DNA from: Pseudomonadota bacterium
GTDB lineage: Bacteria; Pseudomonadota; Gammaproteobacteria; Xanthomonadales; Xanthomonadaceae
Reading direction: 5' to 3'
Assembly (NCBI GenBank): GCA_023388955.1
Contig: JAEWFH010000025.1
Coordinates: 2,147 to 66,146 of the forward strand
Length of the DNA stretch: 64,000 nt
The notes under the pieces are model-generated. The model had not been told where the DNA came from. It made no database searches and worked only from the letters and a program-made list of their open reading frames with translations. A program made the position numbers and the translations under genes. Positions within the stretch are counted from its first letter, which is position 1. Each line of letters starts with the position of its first letter. Below are positions 58,489 through 64,000 of the stretch, piece by piece.

Positions 58489-58491
58489 TTC

Positions 58492-61400
58492 TCACCGCAG
58501 GCGCGACAGGCGGGCGGCGAGCTTCTTGGGGGAGACGCCACCGCGGGCCCCGAGTTCCTGGGCGAACAGCGACACCCGCAGCTCTTCCAGGTCCCAGCGC
58601 AGGGCCTGCCACTCCGGATCGTCGGCCTCGTCGCGCTCGCGGGCTTCGGCCAGGGCGTCGGCGAAGGGCTTGAGCTCCAGCATCCGCGTCTGGTCGCGCA
58701 GCGGGTCGCGCAGCGCGCGTTCGCCGCGCAGGGCGAGCGCCTTCAGGTAGCGTGGGTACTCGGCCAGCGCCGCGCCCGGCACGTCGCGCAGGAAGCCGGC
58801 GGGCACCAGCTCGGCCAGGTGCGCGCGCATGTCGTCGAGATTGCCGCTGGCCCAGCCCATCAGCGGTGATTCCAGGTTCGCACGCGCCTCTGCCACCGCC
58901 TCGAGGATGCGCTCGGCCTTGCCGAGGCGTTCGACCGCCTCCGGGAACAGCCGCTGGGCGAGCGAGTCGCGCAGCGTGGCGAAGGCTTCCGGGTCGCGGA
59001 TCGCGGCCAGCTCATCCGCCGCCTGCTGCAACAGGGCATCGAAGGCGCCCTCGACCAGGTCGACGCGCAACTGGTCGCCCTCGCGGCGCGTGCCGGCGGG
59101 TGCGGTGGACTCGATCGCCGCATACAGCAGCCCGGTCTTGGGCTTGACCGGCAGCTGCCGGCGCGCCTGGCGCAGGCGGTCGGCCAGCGCCAGCTGCAGC
59201 AGCCGGCGCACCCCGCGCGGATGGTTGCGTTCGGCGACGGCGCGGTCGGCATGCACCTGCAGCGACACGCTGTCGCCGTCGTCGTGCAGGGCCGGCCAGG
59301 CCGGCACGCCGGCGGCGCCAGGCACGCGTTCGGGAATCGGCTCGTCCGGGAAGGCGACCAGGCCACGCTGGCCCAGGCCTTCCGCTGCGCGGGCAGCGAA
59401 GGCCCGCGCCGCCCGTTCGCCGAAGCGCGCACGCAGCCCGTCCAGGTCGCGCGACTCGGCCAGCACGCTGCGCCCGTCGCGGTCGAGCAGGCGCAGGTTG
59501 GTCCGCAGGTGCGGCTCCAGGGCCCCCTCGTCGAAGTCGGTCGGCGCCACCTCCGCGCCGGTCAGCCGGCGCAGGAAGCGCGCGAGCGTGCCGGCGAAGG
59601 CATCGGGCTCGTCGAGGCCCGGATGGGCCTCGGTGAAGGCGTTGGCGAAGTCCGGCGCCGGCACGAAATTGCGCCGCTGCGCCTTGGGCAGGGTCTTGAT
59701 CAGCGCCGCCGCCTTGTCGGCGACGAAGCCCGGCGCCAGCCAGCCCAGCCGCACCGGGTCCAGCGCGTTGAGCAGGTGCAGCGGGACGATCACGGTCATG
59801 CCGTCGTCGGGCGCGCCGGGATCGAAGCGGTACTTCACCGCCAGCCGCGCCTGGCCCAGCGCAATGACCGGCGGGAAGCGGTTGGCATCGGTCTCGTCGC
59901 CGATGAGCAGGTCGTCGAGCGACCACTCCAGCGTGGCCTTGTCCTTCGCCGGGAGCTTCGCGTACCAGGCATCCAGTGCCTGCGCGTTGTGCACCTGCGC
60001 TGGCAGCCGGTCCAGGTACCAGCGCGCCATCCAGTCCTCGTCCACGACGATACCGGCACGGCGCTGCTTGGCCTCCTCCTCGCGCGCCCTTTCCAGCACC
60101 TTGAGGTTGCGGGCCAGGAAAGGACTGCGGGTGTTGATCTCGCCGGTGACCAGCGCGTCGCGGGCCAAGATCGCCCGGCTCTCCTCGGGGAAGAGGCCGC
60201 CGTAGTGCACCGGGCGCCTGGGCGCCAGCACCAGTCCGAACAGGCTGACCTGCTCGCTGCCCAGCACCCGCCCCTGCGAGCGCGACCAGCGCGGGTCGAA
60301 CTGCCTGCGCGACAGCAGGTGGCCGAGCTCGTCGATCGCCCATTGCGGCTCGATCGAGGCGTTGGTCATCGCCCAGACCTTCTCGGTGTCCAGCAGCGTC
60401 GCCGAGAGCACCCACGGCGGCGGCTTGCGGATCAGCCAAGAGCCCGGAAACAGGCCGAAGCGGCGGCCCCGCGGACCCTCGTACTCCGCGGGTGGGCGGC
60501 GCTCGCCGGGCTTGCGTCCCCCGGCCGGCTTGCCGGAGGGCGGAATGCGGTGGCCGAGCTGCGTGGGCAGGCCGGTGAGGATGGCGCGGTGGAGGTTGGC
60601 GTATTCGGCGGCGGAGAGGCGGACACCGGCTGGTTCATCTGCCGGGTCACGGGCCGCAGGAGCGGCTTCAGCTGCGACCTGGCCGTCGCGGCCCCTGCGG
60701 TCCATGGATCCCCGCGTGCGCGGGGATGACGGCGTGCGGAGGGACGACGCGCCGGTTTCGATGCCCCACCCCAGCTCCTGCACCAGCAACTTGAGTTGTC
60801 GATGCAGCTCGCGCCACTCGCGCATCCGCAGGAAGCCGAGGAAGTTCTTCTCGCACCACTTGCGCAGCTGCGACTGGGTCAGTTCCCCGTGGGCATCCTG
60901 GTAGGCCTTCCACAGCTTGAGGATGCCGACGAACTCGGAGTTGTAGTCGACGAACTGCGCATGGGCGTTGTCGGCGGCGGCGCGCTGCTCGGGCGGGCGC
61001 TCGCGCGGGTCCTGGATGCCCAGGAAGGACGCGATCGCCAGCATCTCGCGCAGGCAGGCCCTGTCGTTGGCGGCGACCAGCATCCGGCCCAGCTTCACGT
61101 CCACCGGCAGGCGCGCCATCAGCCTGCCGGTGGGCGTCATGCGGCGCCTGTCGTCGATCGCGCCCAGCTCGCCCAGCTCCTGCCAGCCATCGGCGATCGC
61201 GCGGCTGTCGGGCGGCTCCAGGAACGGGAAGCGGTCGATCTCGCCCAGGCCCAGCGCCAGCATCCGCAGGATCACCCCGGCCAGCGCGGCGCGGCGGATC
61301 TCCGGGTCGGTGAACTCCGGCCGCGACTCGAAGTCCGGCTCGCTGTAGAGCCGGTAGCAGGTGCCCGGGGCGATGCGCCCGCAGCGTCCGGCGCGCTGGT

Positions 61401-62628
61401 TGGCGCTGGCCTGGCTGACCGGCTCGATATGCAGGCGGTCGAGCTTGCCGCGCGGGCTGTAGCGCTTGACCCGCGCCAGCCCCGGATCGACCACGTACAG
61501 GATCCGCGGAACCGTCAGCGAGGTCTCGGCGACGTTGGTCGCCAGCACGATGCGCCGCTGCGGGCCGGGGTTGAATACCCGGTCCTGCTCGCGCACCGAC
61601 AGCCGCGCGTACAGCGGCAGCACCTCGGTGTGGCGGTACTTGCGGCGCTCCAGGGCCTGGTGGGCGTCGCGGATCTCGCGCTCGCCCGGCAGGAAGACCA
61701 ACACATCACCGCGCGGATCCTCGCGGGTGATCTCGTCGCAGGCGGCGACGATGCCATCGGTGACCGTGCGCTCGCCCTCGCGCTCGCCCTCGCCTTCCAG
61801 CGGGCGGTAGCGCATCTCGACCGGGAACCCGCGCCCCTCCACCTGCACCACCGGCGCGTCGCCGAAGTGGGCGGCGAAGCGCTCGGTGTCGATGGTCGCC
61901 GAGGTGACGATGACCTTCAGGTCGCGGCGTTTCGCCAGCAGCTGCTTGAGGTAGCCGAGCAGGAAATCGATGTTGAGGCTGCGTTCGTGGGCCTCGTCGA
62001 TCAGGATCGTGTCGTAGCGCGAGAGCCAGCGGTCGGAGGCGATCTCCGCCAGCAGGATGCCGTCGGTCATGAACTTGATCGCGGTGTCCTCGCCGACGTT
62101 GTCGGTGAAGCGCACCTGGTAGCCGACCGCGCCGCCCATCGGGACCTGCAGCTCCTCGGCCACGCGGTGGGCAACCGCACGCGCGGCGATCCGTCGTGGC
62201 TGCGTGCAGCCGATCATCCCCGCCGCCCCGCGCCCGGCGGCCAGGCATAGCTTGGGAATCTGGGTGGTCTTGCCCGAACCGGTCTCGCCGGCGATCACCA
62301 CCACCTGGTGCTTGCGGATCAGCTCGACGATCCGGTCGGCCTCGGCGGCAATCGGCAGGCCGGTGTCGACCGGGGCCTGCGGCAGCCTGGCGGCACGGGC
62401 CTCGCGCCGGGCCGCGGAGTCGGCCACGGCCTGCTCGAAGCGCTCGCGCCGCTCTGCGTCCTCCGGCGCCTCGCGCCAGCGTGACCACAGACCCATCAGT
62501 CGGCCGCGGTCCCGGCTCAGGGCTGCGTCGATCGACTCGCGCGCGCGGGCCAGCAACGGCGGCACCGGGCCGCCGGCGCGGCCGCGGCGTCGTGACGAAG
62601 GCTTGTCATGGCGATGGGTAGATTTCAT
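58492..62628 (-). CDS. hrpA: ATP-dependent RNA helicase HrpA
   Basis: GETGSGKTTQIP, TQPRRIAA, DEAHERS, SAT, ATNVAETSLT, QRAGRCGR; C-terminal LEELRVSLFAQEL. Confidence 0.96.
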   Translation of the reverse strand: MKSTHRHDKPSSRRRGRAGGPVPPLLARARESIDAALSRDRGRLMGLWSRWREAPEDAERRERFEQAVADSAARREARAARLPQAPVDTGLPIAAEADRIVELIRKHQVVVIAGETGSGKTTQIPKLCLAAGRGAAGMIGCTQPRRIAARAVAHRVAEELQVPMGGAVGYQVRFTDNVGEDTAIKFMTDGILLAEIASDRWLSRYDTILIDEAHERSLNIDFLLGYLKQLLAKRRDLKVIVTSATIDTERFAAHFGDAPVVQVEGRGFPVEMRYRPLEGEGEREGERTVTDGIVAACDEITREDPRGDVLVFLPGEREIRDAHQALERRKYRHTEVLPLYARLSVREQDRVFNPGPQRRIVLATNVAETSLTVPRILYVVDPGLARVKRYSPRGKLDRLHIEPVSQASANQRAGRCGRIAPGTCYRLYSEPDFESRPEFTDPEIRRAALAGVILRMLALGLGEIDRFPFLEPPDSRAIADGWQELGELGAIDDRRRMTPTGRLMARLPVDVKLGRMLVAANDRACLREMLAIASFLGIQDPRERPPEQRAAADNAHAQFVDYNSEFVGILKLWKAYQDAHGELTQSQLRKWCEKNFLGFLRMREWRELHRQLKLLVQELGWGIETGASSLRTPSSPRTRGSMDRRGRDGQVAAEAAPAARDPADEPAGVRLSAAEYANLHRAILTGLPTQLGHRIPPSGKPAGGRKPGERRPPAEYEGPRGRRFGLFPGSWLIRKPPPWVLSATLLDTEKVWAMTNASIEPQWAIDELGHLLSRRQFDPRWSRSQGRVLGSEQVSLFGLVLAPRRPVHYGGLFPEESRAILARDALVTGEINTRSPFLARNLKVLERAREEEAKQRRAGIVVDEDWMARWYLDRLPAQVHNAQALDAWYAKLPAKDKATLEWSLDDLLIGDETDANRFPPVIALGQARLAVKYRFDPGAPDDGMTVIVPLHLLNALDPVRLGWLAPGFVADKAAALIKTLPKAQRRNFVPAPDFANAFTEAHPGLDEPDAFAGTLARFLRRLTGAEVAPTDFDEGALEPHLRTNLRLLDRDGRSVLAESRDLDGLRARFGERAARAFAARAAEGLGQRGLVAFPDEPIPERVPGAAGVPAWPALHDDGDSVSLQVHADRAVAERNHPRGVRRLLQLALADRLRQARRQLPVKPKTGLLYAAIESTAPAGTRREGDQLRVDLVEGAFDALLQQAADELAAIRDPEAFATLRDSLAQRLFPEAVERLGKAERILEAVAEARANLESPLMGWASGNLDDMRAHLAELVPAGFLRDVPGAALAEYPRYLKALALRGERALRDPLRDQTRMLELKPFADALAEARERDEADDPEWQALRWDLEELRVSLFAQELGARGGVSPKKLAARLSRLR
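60705..60731 (-). repeat. CGTC-type palindromic repeat inside the hrpA CDS
   Basis: Minus strand CGTC-ATCCCCGC-GCAC-GCGGGGAT-CCA. Confidence 0.75.
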
Positions 62629-62671
62629 TGCTGGCAATTGTCGCCGCTGACGACTCAGGAGTACTCACGAC

Positions 62672-63268
62672 ATGGCAACCGCGAAGAAGACCCGCAGCAC
62701 CACCAAGACCACGAAGACCAGGAAGGGCACCCGCGGATCGTCCGGCACCCGGACCCCTCCGGCCGCCTCGCCTGGCAACGACTCGCGCGCCCCACAACTG
62801 GATATCGGGATCGCGGACGGCGACCGCAAGGAGATCTCCACCGGGCTGTCCGCCTTCCTTGCGGATGCGTACACGCTCTACCTGAAGACCCATAACTTCC
62901 ACTGGAACGTCACCGGGCCCATGTTCAACGCCCTGCACGTGATGTTCGAGGGACAGTACACCGAGCAGTGGCAGGCCCTGGACGACATCGCCGAACGCAT
63001 CCGCGCCCTGGGCTACAACGCGCCGGGCTCCTACCAGGAGTTCACCGCGCTGACCTCGATCGAGGAGGAGACCGGGCTGGACCGGGCGCCGGAATGGAAG
63101 GAAATGGTCACCCAGCTGGTGCTGGGCAACGAGGCGGTGTGCCGGACCGCGCGGCGCGTGCTGCGCACCGCGGATGATGCCGGCGACGACCCGACCGTGG
63201 ACCTGCTGACCCAGCGCCTGCAGACGCACGAGAAGTACGCCTGGATGCTGCGGTCGTTGTTGCAGTAA
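62672..63268 (+). CDS. dps: Dps family DNA-protection/ferroxidase protein
   Basis: LYLKTHNFHWNVTG, LHVMFE, DDIAERIRALG, HEKYAWML; Lys/Thr-rich N-terminal tail; AGGAG SD. Confidence 0.93.
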   Translation: MATAKKTRSTTKTTKTRKGTRGSSGTRTPPAASPGNDSRAPQLDIGIADGDRKEISTGLSAFLADAYTLYLKTHNFHWNVTGPMFNALHVMFEGQYTEQWQALDDIAERIRALGYNAPGSYQEFTALTSIEEETGLDRAPEWKEMVTQLVLGNEAVCRTARRVLRTADDAGDDPTVDLLTQRLQTHEKYAWMLRSLLQ

Positions 63269-63341
63269 CAGGGTTTTCCGCCCCTCCGCCGCGGAGATTT
63301 CCGGCCGGCCCGCCCGCGGGCCGGCTGGTACCCTAGGCGCC

Positions 63342-64000
63342 ATGCAAGACGCCGCGCTCGACCTGCTCCGCACCACCTTCGGCCACGAGGGTTTCCGTGG
63401 CGAGCAGGCGGACATCGTCGACTGCGTGGCCCGGGGCGACGACGCGCTGGTGCTGATGCCCACCGGCGGCGGCAAGTCGCTGTGCTACCAGCTCCCGGCC
63501 CTGCTGCGCCAGGGTTGCGCGATCGTGGTCTCGCCGCTGATCGCGCTGATGCAGGACCAGGTCGAGGGCCTGCGCCAGCTCGGCGTGAGGGCGGCCTTCC
63601 TGAACTCCACCCTCGACGCCGCCGGGGCCGCGTCGGTCGAGCGCGACTTCCTCGACGGCACGCTGGACCTGCTCTATGTCGCGCCCGAGCGGCTGCTGAC
63701 CCCGCGCTTCCTGTCGCTGCTGGACCGCGCCCACGACGGCCCGGGCATCGCCCTGTTCGCGATCGACGAGGCGCACTGCGTCTCCCAGTGGGGCCACGAC
63801 TTCCGCCCCGAGTACCGCCAGCTCACCGTGCTGCACGAGCGCTGGCCGGGCGTGCCGCGCATCGCCCTGACCGCCACCGCCGACGCACCCACCCGGGAGG
63901 AGATCGCCGAGCGCCTGGGGCTGCAGGACGCGCGGCGCTTCACCAGCTCCTTCGACCGCCCCAACATCCGCTACACCGTGGTGCAGAAGGACGGCGCCGG
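63342..64000 (+). CDS. recQ: DNA helicase RecQ (5' part, runs off window)
   Basis: Translated manually: MQDAALDLLRTTFGHEGFRGEQ...MPTGGGKSLCYQLPA...SPLIALMQDQV...YVAPERL...IDEAHCVSQWGHDFRPEY...ALTATA...FDRPNI. Confidence 0.95.
   Translation, partial: MQDAALDLLRTTFGHEGFRGEQADIVDCVARGDDALVLMPTGGGKSLCYQLPALLRQGCAIVVSPLIALMQDQVEGLRQLGVRAAFLNSTLDAAGAASVERDFLDGTLDLLYVAPERLLTPRFLSLLDRAHDGPGIALFAIDEAHCVSQWGHDFRPEYRQLTVLHERWPGVPRIALTATADAPTREEIAERLGLQDARRFTSSFDRPNIRYTVVQKDGA

Overview
High-GC gammaproteobacterial chromosome segment. Gene content and order (rlmM-ubi, lptD-surA-pdxA-rsmA-apaH, lgt-thyA-folA, mazG-cysQ-nudE/bioA-rsmE, pilGHIJ-chpABC/gshB-tonB, mrcB-yoaA-tsaB, relA, hrpA, dps, recQ) fit Xanthomonadales (Lysobacter/Luteimonas-like). 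Most of it is housekeeping; I saw no rRNA, tRNA, CRISPR array, transposase or phage gene. Two small accessory islets stand out. (i) At 46669-48314, a leaderless alpha/beta-hydrolase of the DUF1023/Abhydrolase_8 type is coupled to a lipoprotein and sits between yoaA and tsaB. (ii) At 18089-19377, a leaderless LysM + NlpC/P60-like cysteine hydrolase converges on an exported protein of unknown function. Both hydrolase genes have a similar 19-bp GGGG-N4-CCC box upstream. Both partner genes have an SD-like sequence and in-frame ATG at or just after the end of the signal peptide. Together these suggest, as inference only, co-regulated antibacterial effector/immunity modules with dual-localised immunity proteins. 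Other oddities: a 27 x 15-bp (RLEAE)n tandem repeat in chpA, a CGTC-type palindromic repeat read in-frame inside hrpA, no apaG between rsmA and apaH, a catalytically degenerate ChpB, and a DUF6580 membrane protein next to a cobalamin adenosyltransferase. All family calls come from motif recognition, not database searches.
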